From Rhodosorus marinus CCMP1338 (Eukaryota; Plantae; Rhodophyta), in the NCBI GenBank assembly GCA_029953675.1, contig JAMWBK010000003.1:1984001-2048000 (forward strand): DNA of 64,000 nucleotides, given 5' to 3'. Below the pieces are notes generated by a model. It had not been told where the DNA came from and did no database searches. It saw only the letters and a list, made by a program, of their open reading frames with translations. The translations under genes and the position numbers were made by a program. Shown in pieces: positions 24,042-35,924 of this stretch (positions are counted from its first letter, which is position 1; each line of letters begins with the position of its first letter).

Positions 24042-24268
24042 TGTTAGAAACTCTTTGAGCCAACTTGTCTTTACTCAATTCTAGGTCTCAAGATCTAGCA
24101 AAGCTAGGTCTTATATAGTCTTGGTTACTGTAAACTAAGACGTACCTGACAGTAAAGTAGAAACTGTTGGATACTATCACACTAGCGTCTTACACTAAAG
24201 TAGGGATCTTGCACTAAAGTAGGGAGTGTCTTACACAGATTACACAGCTGTCAGGGCAAGTTCTAACA
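24042..24268 (-). mobile_element. Solo LTR of the Gypsy family, 227 bp
   Basis: TG...CA ends, homologous to the two LTRs of the adjacent element, with GGTCC on both sides (24037-24041 and 24269-24273). Confidence 0.92.
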
Positions 24269-24273
24269 GGTCC

Positions 24274-27200
24274 TGTTGGAACTCTTCTAACCAACTGGTC
24301 TTTACTTAATTCTAGGTCTCAAGATCTAGCAAAGCTAGGTCTCATATAGTCTTGGTTACTGTAAACTAAGACGTACCTGACAGTAAAGTAGAAAGTGTTG
24401 GCTACTAGCACACTAGCGTCTTACACTAAAGTAGGGATCTTACACTAAAGTAGGGAGCGTCTTACACAGATTACGCAGCTGTCAGGGCAAGTTCTAACAT
24501 TCCTCCCGCCGAGTTTGGGGACAAACTCAAGAAGTTGAAGGTAGCGCGTAAAGCATCTTGCGATAATTGAGGTAGTGTCGTAAGCGTCGTCGAGGTTGTA
24601 GATCGGTCGGGTAGTCCGGCTCGGGTATTCAAGTCGCATCAGTCCAGGATTCCTTTTCGCGATAACATAGGAACTGTCGGATCCCGTTAGCCGCATGGCG
24701 GACCCCCAATACCGACAGGATCGGTAGCGTTGAATAGAGATCCGATTGGAGAGGGATACTCCGCATCGGAGAATTCGGAGGACACGTAGGGGCACCTTTT
24801 AGCAAGGAAACGTGAAATGTCGAATGTATGCGCATCTCATCCGGTAACTGCAGAGTGTATGCCACGTCAGAGTGTTTCTCGATCACGGGAAACGGGCCCA
24901 ACCATCGAGGTTGGAAGCGGGTTGGGCCCTCCAGTGAGAGATTCTTCGTTGACAAATAAACGTAATCGCCGATGTGGAACACCTTCGCATGACGGTGGGT
25001 ATTAGCGGATGCCGCAGATAATTCTTGTGCCAGGTTCAGTGATTTGCGTGCATCTGCAAGAATTCGCTGATGTCGTTGGGAGAACGCAGTAGCGGCATCG
25101 GGGAGGTTCTCAATTTGCGTGGTAGGTAGTGAGACATCCAAGTGGAGCCGCGGATGCCCCCCTGTTAACAGGAAATATGGTGAATACCCCGTGCTGGCTG
25201 AGGGATGATTGTTATACGCCAGCTGAAGTAGCGGGAGGCTCTGCACCCACGTGCGATTTGTACAGCAGCATCTCAGCATGATTTGAAGTGTCTGATTCAC
25301 GCGCTCCGTCTGACCGTCCGTTTCAGGATGGTATGCCGTGGACAATAGTTGTTGAATGCCCAGTAAGTGCATTAGGTGGCGCCAAAAAGTTGCCGTGAAG
25401 ACTGGATCGCGATCTGTGACAAAACTCCGTGGCAATCCGAACCAGGCGACGATATGTTGCAGGATAAGTGTTGCCACTCCTTCCGCGGTTACCATTTTCG
25501 TCGTCGGGATAAATACGGCGTACTTCGTGAGTCGATCGACCACAACTAGTATAGCGTCATTACCCGCGATACTGGGAAAGCCTGTTATGAAGTCCATAGT
25601 CCAGTCGACCGAGCGATTCTCCGGATTTGCGAGCGGTTGCAGCTTGCCCTGGATGCGCTGAAGTGGTTGTTCACGGGCGCATATCTCGCATTGTTGTGCG
25701 CGCGTGAAAATGTCTTTCCTCATGGTAGGCCAGTAATAGCGTCGTCGCACCACACGGTAAGTAGCTTGTGCGCCGAAATGGCCTGCCGTTAGAGACTGGT
25801 GGTGCTCATCGATGACCTGACTAACACGGCGTTCGGGTACGCAAAGTCGTGCATGGAGGAATAATAGACCCTATAAAGTTTTCGTTGTAAACCCTCAAAC
25901 TGGTCCGGGCTTCGAAATTGCGTGCAGAATTCTGGATCGGCTTGGTACTCTGGAGTCCAATCGGCTTCCATCGTGACGCGGGTGCCTCGTAGTGCGTCGC
26001 GACTCAGTGCATCCGCGACGTTTATCTTGCCGAGTACGTATTGAACCTCAAAGGAGTAGGGTAGTAATATATTCACGTACCGCGCCTGCCGACCGACGAG
26101 TTAATGTCGTCTGTGTTTGCGAGAAGCGTAGCGGGTTATGGTCCGTACGCACAGTGAACTGTTGCCCATCAAGATACACGGACCACCTGCGGATGGCCAG
26201 GACGATGGCGTAGAGTTCTTTCTCGTACGTACTATAGCGTTTCTCGGTACTATTGAAGGATCGGGACATATACGCCACGGGCACCTCCTGATCCTGGCGA
26301 GTCTGGAATAGTATAGCACCCACCCCGGTGTCGCTCGCGTCCGTGTGCACGATGAAGGGGAGGATCGGATCAACCATGTACAGCATGGTGGTTGCTGATA
26401 TGGCGGATTTTAACCCATCAAAGGCTTGTTGTTCGTCCGCGTGCCAACCCCACTTCTGGTCCTTCTTCGTTAGCCTGTGGAGGGGCGCCGCCACTTGGGC
26501 GAAGTGTGGTACAAAGGGGCGCAAGACGTTCGCGAAACCCATGAAGGCCCGTAGCTCCTTAACCGTCGTTGGCGTCCTCCAATTCTGAATTGCTTGTCCT
26601 TCTCCGGATCGGGACGTCGAGTGCCTCCCGCGAAGATTTGGCCTAGGTAGCAAACTTGGCCTAAACCAAAACCGCACTTCGAGTATTTGAAGATCAACTG
26701 ATGCTGCTCGAGGCGTCGTAGCACCTTTCGAACATCGTCCTGGTGTTGTCTGTCATCTGGGGAATATACCAGAATGTCGTCAACGTATAACACCACGCAC
26801 TGGTTGAGAAGATCATATAATACGTCTGTCAAGTAGCGGATGAATGCCGAGGGCGCATTCTTCAACCCAAACGGCATGACATTCCATTGGTATTGTCCGA
26901 AGCACGTGACAAAGGCCGTCTTCTCGCGTGATGCCTGTTCAATAGGCAACTGCCAATATCCAGAGCGAAGGTCTAACGTTGTGAAAACCCGAGCGCTGCT
27001 CAGGTTATCCAATAGCTCCTTCACTCTAGGCGGGGTCGTTCTTTCCCGCACGGTGATCTGGTTCAACTGGCGATAGTCGATGCAGAGGCGTCGCCCACCG
27101 TCTTTTTTGTCCACGTGCAACACAGGTGCAGCATACGGACTTCTGCTGCGTGAGATAAGTCCCTGCTCTTCCAAGTCGTGCAATTCTCCTTGTAGCCGCT

Positions 27201-28934
27201 CTCGGTCGACCCGTGACATCGAATATTCGCGTTGAGCTGGTGTACTCGCCCGTGGTTCCGATTCGATTTTGAGTGCATATCGTTGCCGGTTCTTCGGTGG
27301 CAACGGCACAATGTATCTTGGAAAACTTGGGGAAACTCTTTCCGGATGACCGTACCAAACCTCTTTCCTGGGTCGGCAACCTGGTCCTTTCCGCCTTTCT
27401 CTAGGCCTTCCTCTTTCCGGATGACCGCGCCAGACCTCTCCCCTATTTCTTCCTCAGTTTCCATACTTGTTATCCCACGCATGCTGGTGTCTTCCGCTCC
27501 CACTACCAGCTGTGGGGGCTCCGCGCTACAATCGATAGTTATTCGATGTTGCCTCAAGAAGTCGAGACCTAAGTATACATCGTGGCTTAGATGCTTGAAT
27601 ATTCGCACCTTCGTCTTGAATTGTCGTCCCTGGAGTGTGATCGTTGTCTCCGTCACTCCGGGGCTGATCACGGTCTCCTCACCGACGGCCAACCCGTAAG
27701 TCCGTGGCTCGTCGTACCTTGGTAGGTTGGCGGCTTTCGCAACGTCCTCTCTAATTGCCGTCACCGCACCGGTGTCGATGAGACATTCCACCGGTTCCGC
27801 CGCCACCACGCCTATTGCAGTTAGGCTTGCATTACCCCGTTGCTGTAACCCAACGGTTAGGATGCTGGTCGTTAGACTCTCGGACGGCATCCCTCGTCCG
27901 GAGTCCGTCAGTTTTCCTCCTGCAGGCTCGACAAGCGTGCCACCTCCGCCTGCAAATATGCCAGTCGTTGGGGGCAGTCTCGTTTAACGTGTCCTATCTC
28001 TCCACACAGGTAGCAGGTTGGCGGCGCTCCCATGCTTCGAGTGTGTGGTCGACGCGGTGAAGTTGTGCGGGGTTTGCTTCTGGGTGGATCCGAGGATCCC
28101 TTCGTCGCTTCCTTCGGCATCTCGTGGGCACCCGCCAGGCTTAATGCGATTGCTTTCGCTTCTTCATAATCTTGGGTCGACCATAATAGACGAAGTCCCG
28201 CTAACGACCAGTCAAGTCCGCCTTAAAACGCTCAAGCTCTTCAGAGTCGCTGATGAACTCGCCCAACTGCATGAAAAGTTCATCGAGATAGTCGACATAA
28301 CGGGTGACATCGGGGCTGCGTTGTCGAGCGCTGCGCGGTTTGGCCCGGACTCGCTCGATATTTTCGTGAGGTTCGAACTGTCCTCGCAGGGCCTGTTCGA
28401 AATCTTCGAGAGAGTCCAGTGCCTCCGGGATGCCATCCGCCGCCTGCCGAAGACCCTGGTACCAGACCTGGGCCTGGGCCTTCAAAAGCAGTCGCGCGTA
28501 CTGGACTGACTGCCGGCCGGAGTCTGCTACGTGATGGAAGTTCAGGTAGCCACGCAGTGAGGCCACGAACGTTTGAATCCTGACGAAATCCCGCTTGCCG
28601 TTGTAAGCCTCGGGCGGGGGTATAGTAAACGTAGTCATCTGAAGTTGGCTACTCGAGTCCACCAGCTTCCGCTAGATCGCACCTCCCTCTGTTCGTATCC
28701 TCTTAAACCTTTGAGCGATGAGACCACCGTTGGAACTCTTCTAACCAACTTGTCTTTACTTAATTCTAGGTCTCAAGATCTAGCAAAGCTAGGTCTCATA
28801 TAATCTTGGTTACTGTAAACTAAGACGTACCTGACAGTAAAGTAGAAACTGTTGGATACTAGCACACTAGCGTCTTACACTAAAGTAGGGAGTGTCTTAC
28901 ACAGATTACGCAGATGTCAAGGCAAGTTCTAACA
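24274..28934 (-). mobile_element. Ty3/Gypsy LTR retrotransposon (chromovirus-like), frameshifted
   Basis: LTRs at 28728-28934 and 24274-24499; GGTCC TSD; PPT ggcgggaggaa next to the 3' LTR; TGG-initiated putative PBS. Domains: gag with CYLCGEIGHVKRDC, protease IDTGA, RT (DLRSGYWQ, MPFGLKNAP, YVDD), RNase H (DASD, EKEL, TDH), integrase (H..C..C, MDFI, TDRD, ETDGQTER, GPF) and a degenerate chromodomain (ILSVLGVR...RQFLC...ESW). Domains lie in different frames. Confidence 0.95.
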
Positions 28935-29116
28935 GGTCCAGTCGACCCGAGCCCCTTGGGCAGATTCCTCAGTATCTGGCCCTGTGCCCCATGCTGCTCC
29001 TTCTTGCCCAGCGCGTCCTTCCTATTCCCAAGTCCTCCGGCGTGGGACTGTTGAGGCCCGAGCGGAGGCCCTGGTAAGTGCTTTCCCGCCTGAGCCCGCT
29101 GTTGACTCTGTTCGAC

Positions 29117-31310
29117 GATCCGTTTATTCAGAGGCTAACTACCCTGAGAAGCGAGAGACAAGACGCTGGCGGTGCGCGTCCACAAACAAAGCAGAATTGG
29201 AGCGCCACAGGGTCAAAGAAAGCTCCGTGAGCACACTATCTAAACGCCCTGGGTCGTAGCGAAACAGAGCTCACAGCCAGCGAGAACCTACACTATCTAT
29301 CAAGCCAAAGCACTCAATAATGAGGGGGACGAACCGGTATGTCACCGCCGAATCGCGAAAGGTAGGGTTCGACATCGCTGCCGCGTACTGCGAATCTTTC
29401 ACTTGCCGCATGGACCGAGCTGCAGCTCCTCGACGCCGAGCCGACGCAGGCAGGTACCTGGTCGGTCGCCTGAGGACAAGGGATGGAGGGAGAGGTCAAT
29501 GTACTCACTGCGACGCGCATTGAGGTCAGTCACAACGAGATCCGCCACCCGCTCTACCGCTGGGGCGTCACTCTCATCAGTAATTTCCGATGCCGCAGCC
29601 AGAGGGACCTCATACTCCACTTCTCGGTCCGTACCGAGCGATTGAGAACGAAGGCAGCGGAACAGCAAGCGGTTGAGCCGCGTATGGCGTCTGCCAACAG
29701 ATGCGCACCATGATCACCCCACGGCACATTGGCCTCGCACAATGCGCAGCTAGAATCCCGCTCAACAGTCCAAGGGGGTTGCGGGAAGCCCAGGTAAAGT
29801 CGTGAGCTTACACGAAGTTCGAGATCGGTAAGCGCCAACCGCCGATACGCAGGTATGACCTTGAAGAAACGGGAGCTGAGACTCCCCGCGCAGGCGAGCC
29901 AGAGTCGACGCCGAGCACGAAGGTAAACTCAGAAGGGTGGCATACGAGTCCCGATGTATGTCCCACGAAAGGGTTTTTTCGATTACATCGGTCCTCGAAG
30001 GGGCGGGACCCGACCGGGAAACGCCCCCCCCCTCCGGCGGCCTCGACGGCACAGCCACGGCGTCAATATCCTCGGCAGTTTCTACACCATTTCCAACACA
30101 CGGTGCTGCAGCAGAGACTCCCGAATGCTGGCCACCGAGGTAGTCAAGAACTGCCGCCCAGGAATCGCACCGAGCCTGGGTACCACTCGGCAGGGTGGTA
30201 CATTGTTGAAAAGCGGCCACCAGTTCCGGAAAAAAAACCCCCGAGCCGTGGGGCCAGAGTCCCGTCCAGTCGCCCAACCCGAAGTCCACTCAACAAACCA
30301 CTAACATGCGGATCACACTCCGCAGACCATGTATTAAGCGCATTGGCCCACGAACTCACCACAGCCGCCGGCTGGATCGCCGCGTAAGATCCCACAGCCA
30401 GCCCACCCAACCGCACGGGCAACGCGATCTGCCGGTGAAGGACGTGCTTTTCTGCATCCCCCAAACAGATAGCTCAGCATCCATCAGCGTGCCTAGCACG
30501 TCCCTCGCTCGTCGGTCTGCGCGGAGCGCCAGCCAAGACCCCGCACTCGGAGGGTGGCTGCCGCTAAAAATAGGTCAGCCTCTAGCACGCGCTGAACCGG
30601 AAGATGAGCAGAGCGGTCTGGAGGTACCCTTCTGGGGGACTGCACAGCTCAGTCAGGAGTTCATCCTGATGACTCAGGAACGCGGTGAGGCTGCGTTCAA
30701 CAAATATCGGGGTGCCTACGGGGACACCGAACAGAAGGAACCCCTCAGCTCGCCAAATATCTCGGAACCTGGATGGAACCGCGTCCGCGGTGCAGTGAGA
30801 CCCCCCCTAGAAATCTCACTTGGCATGGTTGATACGCAGCCCCACCAAGGAAGCCACCTAGCCGAAACAATCGTAGGCCGGCACCAGATCGTCGGGAGTG
30901 CCAAGAAGCGTCACATCGTCATAGAAGGCGACCGCACGGACCCGCGGGAACTGATGTTTCAGCTGCAACAGCATCAGTGCAATCCATAGGAGTGCAGGAA
31001 CGGCCCTAAGGGATCACCCTGCTGCACACCCGTATGAGCCGCAAAGGTGTGGCTCTCGGCACCCAAGGTGACAAATCGGGGCCCGTTCGGCGCTTCACCA
31101 TATACGCGGCGTAAGAACGGGAAGCCAGAGGGGAAAAGCTGACGAACTACCTCAAGCGCGTGTGCTCGAGACACACTGTTAAACGCGTTGGCGAGATCCA
31201 CAGAAAGCGTGCCCAAGGGCTCATCGCGGAGACCGTCCAGCTGCAGGATACGCAGCACCAGTTTTCACAGCCACCTGAATAGCCGACGCCGTCTCGCCCC
31301 TACCGACACC
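29117..31310 (-). mobile_element. RLE non-LTR element, family B, 5'-truncated within RT, decayed
   Basis: Reverse-complement 3' end gatccgtttattcagaggctaactaccctgag at 29117. Minus ORFs carry ANAFNSVSR, GVQQGDPLGPFL, LPVRLGGLA and RLE motifs. Confidence 0.9.
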
Positions 31311-32049
31311 GTCTCGAACTTCGTGTAAGCTTACGACTTTACCTGGGCTTGCCGCAACCCCCTTGGCCTGTTGAGCGGGATTCTAGATGCGCATTGTGCG
31401 GGGCCAATGTGCCGTGGGGTGATTATGGTGCGCATCTGCTGGCGTCTTGTGCGGAGGTTCAAGGGGCCCGGACCAGACGCCATACGCGGCTCAACCGCTT
31501 GCTTTTTCGCTACCCTCGTTCTCAATCGCTTGGTACGGACCGAGAAGTGGAGTATGAGGTCCCTCTGGCGGTGGCATCGGAAATTGCTGATGAGAGTGGC
31601 GCTCCAGCGGTACAGCAGGTGGCGGATCTCGTTGTTACTGAACTCAATGCGCGTCGCAGTGAGTACATTGACCTCTCCCTCCATCCCTTGTCCTCAGGCG
31701 AGCAGGTACCTGCCTGCGTCGGCTCGGCGTCGAGGAGCTGCAGCGCGGTCCATGCGGCAAGTGAAAGATTCGCAGTACGCGGCAGCGATGTCAAACCCTA
31801 CCTTTCGCGATTCGGCGGTGACATACCGGTTCGTCCCCCTCATTATTGAGTGCTTTGGCTTGATAGATAGTGTAGGTTCTCGCTGGCTGCGAGCTCTGTT
31901 TCGCAACGACCCAGGGCGTTTAGATAGTGTGCTCACGGAGCTTTCTTTGACCCTGTGGCGCTCCAATTCTGCTTTCTTTGTGTACGCGCGTCATCAGCGT
32001 CTTGTCACTGGCTTCTCAGGGTAGTTAGCTTCGGAATAAACGGATCATC
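31311..32049 (+). mobile_element. RLE non-LTR element, family B, 3' portion
   Basis: Knuckle and RLE region (CALCG..HLLASC, VADLV, VPLIIECFG) ending in aataaacggatcatc. Confidence 0.9.
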
Positions 32050-32199
32050 GACCGTTTAACAAGCGGGGGAAAGACCGCTGAAAGCAGCCTCCCACGAAAG
32101 AACACTTAGGCACCCAAAATTGCGCCAAACCCAACTCCAGACCACAATCACAATCCAAAACCCCGTCATGTAAATAGTTCAGATAGAGAGTGTCTCGAG

Positions 32200-33082
32200 A
32201 TGTAACCTGTGCGGTGGCTCACTGCCGTGCGGTGATTTTGGTGGGCACTTGTTGCCATCTTGTCCGCATGTTCAAGGGGCCCGGACTCGACGCCATACGC
32301 GGCTCAACCGCTTGCTCTTCCGCTATCTTCGTTCTCAGGTGCTGGACACGGGCCGGGATGTGAAGTATGAGGTCCCCGTGCTGGTGGCAATGGCAATTGA
32401 TCCGTTTATTCAACTACTGATGAGGCTGATGCCACCGTGGTGCGACGGGTAGCGGACCTAATGGTCACTGATCTGAGCGCTGGTCGGAGTGAGTACATCG
32501 ACCTTTCTAATCCTTGTCCTCAGGCTACCAGATACCTGCCAGCGTCTGCTCAACGCCGAGGTGCTGCAGCTCGGTCAATGCGGCAACTGAAGAAATCCCA
32601 GTACGCTGCGGCTATTTTATACTCTACGCTTCGCGATTCGGCATTGTCCTATCGGTTTGTTCCCCTCTTCATCAAGTGCTTTGGTTTAGTTGACAGTGTA
32701 GGTTCTCGTTGGCTTCGGGGCTCTTTTGGACCAACCCAGGGGGTATTGATAGCCTCATCACGGAGCTATCCTTGACCTTGTGGGGTAGAAATGCTGCTTT
32801 ATTTTTGGACGCACGTCATCGATCGATCCGTTTATTCAGAGGCTAACTACCCTGAGAAGGGAGAGACAAGACGCTATTGACGCGCGTCCACAAACAAAGC
32901 AGAATTGGAGCGCCACAGGGTCAAAGAAAGCTCCGTGAGCAGACTATCTGACCCAGGGCGTATATCTATACGCCCTGGGTCGTTGCGAAACAGAGCTCAC
33001 AGCCAGCGAGAACCTACACTATCTACGTCATCAGCGTTTGTTTCTCGCTTCTCAGGGTAGTTAGGCTCTGAATAAACGGATC
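32200..33082 (+). mobile_element. RLE element, diverged subfamily C, with two nested antisense family-B 3' fragments
   Basis: Host RLE region is interrupted at 32399-32415 and at 32821-33024 (8-bp TSD acgtcatc at 32813-32820 and 33025-33032), then resumes to gtagttaggctctgaataaacggatc. Confidence 0.85.
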
Positions 33083-33740
33083 AGATCATATAGTTGGATC
33101 AGGATCATACACCTGGATAAGGATCGTATAGTTAAGGATCTACACGAGAAATTGGTGAGAGTTCTTTAAAATAGATTGGGGTGGGTAGAACGCATGTCTC
33201 GATTTCTTCGTTTAGAATGGGGGTTGGAGAGATTTGGAATCCCTCCATGGAGCAAACCCATCTACCCGCCACTAAGCTACCTAGACAGCCATAGCGGACC
33301 AAGCATCGAACTCTGAGGATTCTCTCATTATCGACTCGGTTCTATTGGAGGGCTGGAATACACCTCGGAACTCTCGGTTTTGCACTTATTCTCCTTCCCT
33401 TGGAAGACGTTTCAGTTGGAAGCTAAAATTCGAGGGGTATGTACCACTATGTAGGCGGTTGGCTAACCCCCCATTTTGGTAAGTGTCTTATGACGAGACT
33501 TTTTAGCGAAAAAAATTAACTGCATCCATCCACTCAATCCTTTCGTCAAAAGCCCAAATTCAAATCAATCTCTGAATGATTTAAAACACAACAAAGTATT
33601 AATTATCATTTATTCAGATTACATAAATGAAAAACAATATCATGATTATGCTTCGCATTATGAATAAAACGTATCAAATAGCAAAGTTTATTTCTGCGAT
33701 TACTATATTCATATGCATTAAATAAATTTCAATATTTAGT

Positions 33741-34266
33741 TCTTGTTTGGTTTTAAATATACTCGCTCGCCAGGCAGTGTTCGGAGAGCCTCGTTGGAGC
33801 TATGGCATAATCTTTGATGTTGGAGGCGCGAGTACTTCGCCGCGCTTAGTCTTTTTTTCCCCTCGGGGTTTTTTTTTCAGCCTCCGATTAAACCATTCAT
33901 TCATTCATCCAATTGAATACTCAATGGTGCCAAACGTTTCCCCTGTTCACGGAGAAATCGGGGGTACAGTGCGGTGAACTCTTGTTTGGTTTTAAATATA
34001 CTTTCTCGCCACCGGGTAGTTGTTCGGACAGTCCCGTTGGAGCCAGAATCCAATTGAATACGCAATGGTGCCAAACATTTCCCCTGTTCACGGAGAAATC
34101 GGGGGTGCAGTGCGGTGAACTCTTGTTTGGTTTTAAATATACTTCCTCGCCACCGAGCAGTTGTTCGGACAGTCCCGTTGGAGCCATAATCCAATTGAAT
34201 ACGCAATCGTGGCAAAACAATTTCCCCTGTTCACAAAAAAATCGGGATACGCTGCGGTGAACTCTT
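33741..34266. repeat. 141-bp tandem repeat (about 3 units) interrupted by a family-A 3' fragment
   Basis: caattgaata at 33910, 34051 and 34192; tcttgtttggttttaaatata at 33741, 33980 and 34121. The first interval is 239 bp, i.e. 141 plus a 98-bp insert. Confidence 0.92.
33812..33908 (+). mobile_element. ~97-bp 3' end of family-A RLE element
   Basis: Near-identical to 23309-23404 (ctttgatgttggaggcgcgagtacttcgccgcgcttag...cctccgattaaaccattcattcatt); only an ~3-bp atc duplication. Confidence 0.9.
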
Positions 34267-34937
34267 AGGCGTCGTTGGATTGGATAGTGGCACTGATGGT
34301 TTTAATCAATTTTGGGGTTTGGTTCTAAAGTGTCCTCTGAACAGAGGTTCCCGGACAACAAATCGAATCGTTGTTTGACGATGAACTTTTCAATGTACGC
34401 ATCCAGCAGTTGGGACCCCTCGGGCAGGCGTGGGCGGAAGATAAAAACGAATCAGCAGTTCGGAGATGTGCAATAGAGATTCTCCGGCTTTAGTCACCAA
34501 GCGGGTAGGTACGCGACAAGAATATGTCTTCCTTTCCAAAAATGTCCGTAAAAAGGCCACGCCTGTTTCTTTCTAGGCATATTCAACGCCTGGGTAGAGT
34601 GGTGGGTCTCAGGAGATGCTCCAAAACTGAACAAATATGAAGCCGTTTATTCGGTGCCCCGCAGAGTGAGAGTTGGTTAAGAGCCACGTCCATGCTTACT
34701 AAAGGGTGGAACGGAAAAACGAGCGCCGGTTTGGATATGTGATCCAGCTTTTGACAACTTTTGTGCTGGTGGTGCGGCGGACAGGATTGCGAGTTTGGTG
34801 GTCTATTTAATCAGTCGTTGCGAGGTTGCAAGACGGGCTATGATGGAGTAGGGGTCTGTCCCTGCTAGACAACCGTTGGAAGGTTCGAGTTAGGATTTTT
34901 TTTGAAGGGGAGTGGGGCAGGAGGGCGCGAGTGCGAG

Positions 34938-35924
34938 ATGAAGGGAAAGGGTAACCTAGTGTTGATTTGGTGGTTGTCGTCATTGGCTTTTGCGATGGCG
35001 CAGGAGGGATCTGTTTGTTCAGATTTTCCGTTGGATCCTCCTGATCAAAAATTTTACTTCGGGTTGGATGTAGGTCCCGCAGACGGGAGGATTTTGTGGG
35101 GTCCGAGGAGATGTTTCTTAACGAATTTACGTGTAGATGGAGTAAGAGCAAAGGTTTGTCTTAGAAACGTAGTGGGTAGAGGGGTAAAGGTTGTTCTCAA
35201 CAAGGTGGATAAAACCTTGATTAGGCAAATGAGCGCAGGAATTAACCCGGAGTGTGATGGGAAGCCCCAGTTCCAGAAGAGGAGGACCGTAGACAAAGCC
35301 AGAGGAATCGACGGATTCAAGCAATTGATCGTTGATTGGGACGAGATCCCAGCCTCCTCCCCCGGATGCTGTGAAACCACGCGCTGCCTGGATTTCAAAG
35401 CTACGGTGGTGGACCCGAATGACCTAGTAACTATGACCGATGTAGTTATTGATGATCCCGGGTGTGGTCTGGCGGGGGAGTGTGAGATCCAGATTACCTG
35501 TCCGAACCTTGTCACCACTGGTATGAGGGGAATCGGCCTTCAGGGTAGGCAGGTCTATAGTGGTACAGACTTTGATGACGTAATTATTCTGCCCGAAACG
35601 CACCCCAGGGAATTATATGCTTATGGTAATCCCGGCAATGACTATTTCATCGGTTCGGAAGACCCGGACAGGATACATGGCAATGGTTCTGGAAACGACA
35701 TCATGCTGGGCAACGGCGGGGATGATTTCTTGTATCCGGCGGAGGGTGCCGATAGAGTTTTTGGGGGAGATGGAAATGACCAATTCAGGTTCTTAGATCC
35801 CGATGGCTCTGTGGATCTACTGAGCGGAGGCGACGGTGTAGATACTGTTACGTTTGCATTCTTGACCTCCTCTTTGGAACCCATAGATGTTCTCAAGAGT
35901 GTCGAGATCGTAGAACAACCGTAG
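34938..35924 (+). CDS. Secreted Cys-rich protein with hemolysin-type (RTX) calcium-binding repeats, intronless
   Basis: Signal-like MKGKGNLVLIWWLSSLAFAMA, a Cys-rich middle, and C-terminal GGxGxD-type nonapeptides: GNPGNDYFIG, GSGNDIMLG, NGGDDFLY, AEGADRVFG, GDGNDQF, GGDGVDTV. ORF is intact. Confidence 0.8.
   Translation: MKGKGNLVLIWWLSSLAFAMAQEGSVCSDFPLDPPDQKFYFGLDVGPADGRILWGPRRCFLTNLRVDGVRAKVCLRNVVGRGVKVVLNKVDKTLIRQMSAGINPECDGKPQFQKRRTVDKARGIDGFKQLIVDWDEIPASSPGCCETTRCLDFKATVVDPNDLVTMTDVVIDDPGCGLAGECEIQITCPNLVTTGMRGIGLQGRQVYSGTDFDDVIILPETHPRELYAYGNPGNDYFIGSEDPDRIHGNGSGNDIMLGNGGDDFLYPAEGADRVFGGDGNDQFRFLDPDGSVDLLSGGDGVDTVTFAFLTSSLEPIDVLKSVEIVEQP

Larger units (their letters stand above)
23581..29116 (+). 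mobile_element. 5' region of an RLE element interrupted by the LTR insertions
   Basis: 29010-29116 aligns with 36690-36780 (cccaagt..ccg.cgtggg.c.gt.gaggccc...gagcc.gc.gttg.ctctgttc.acga). The host reads through GGTCC across the LTR block. The 5' boundary is uncertain. Confidence 0.55.

Noticed and set aside
22405-24058. ORFs starting MGRKYLDRQ (22405, 23501) as genes
   Set aside because: They start at TTG inside the duplicated 176-bp block and run into TE sequence; no coding signal.
28708-28727. Assignment of the Gypsy PBS to tRNA-iMet
   Set aside because: TGGTCTCATCGC matches the canonical TGGTATCAGAGC at only 9 of 12 positions; the primer cannot be determined without the species tRNA set.
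32821-33082. Symmetric double-tailed element or MITE made of two RLE 3' ends
   Set aside because: The 8-bp TSD acgtcatc shows a simple antisense insertion into a host's 3' end; the same logic resolves 44334-47917.
33741-34266. CRISPR array or a 47-aa repeat protein
   Set aside because: Units are 141 bp, contiguous and have no unique spacers; no cas genes; several frames on both strands are open merely because 141 is divisible by 3.
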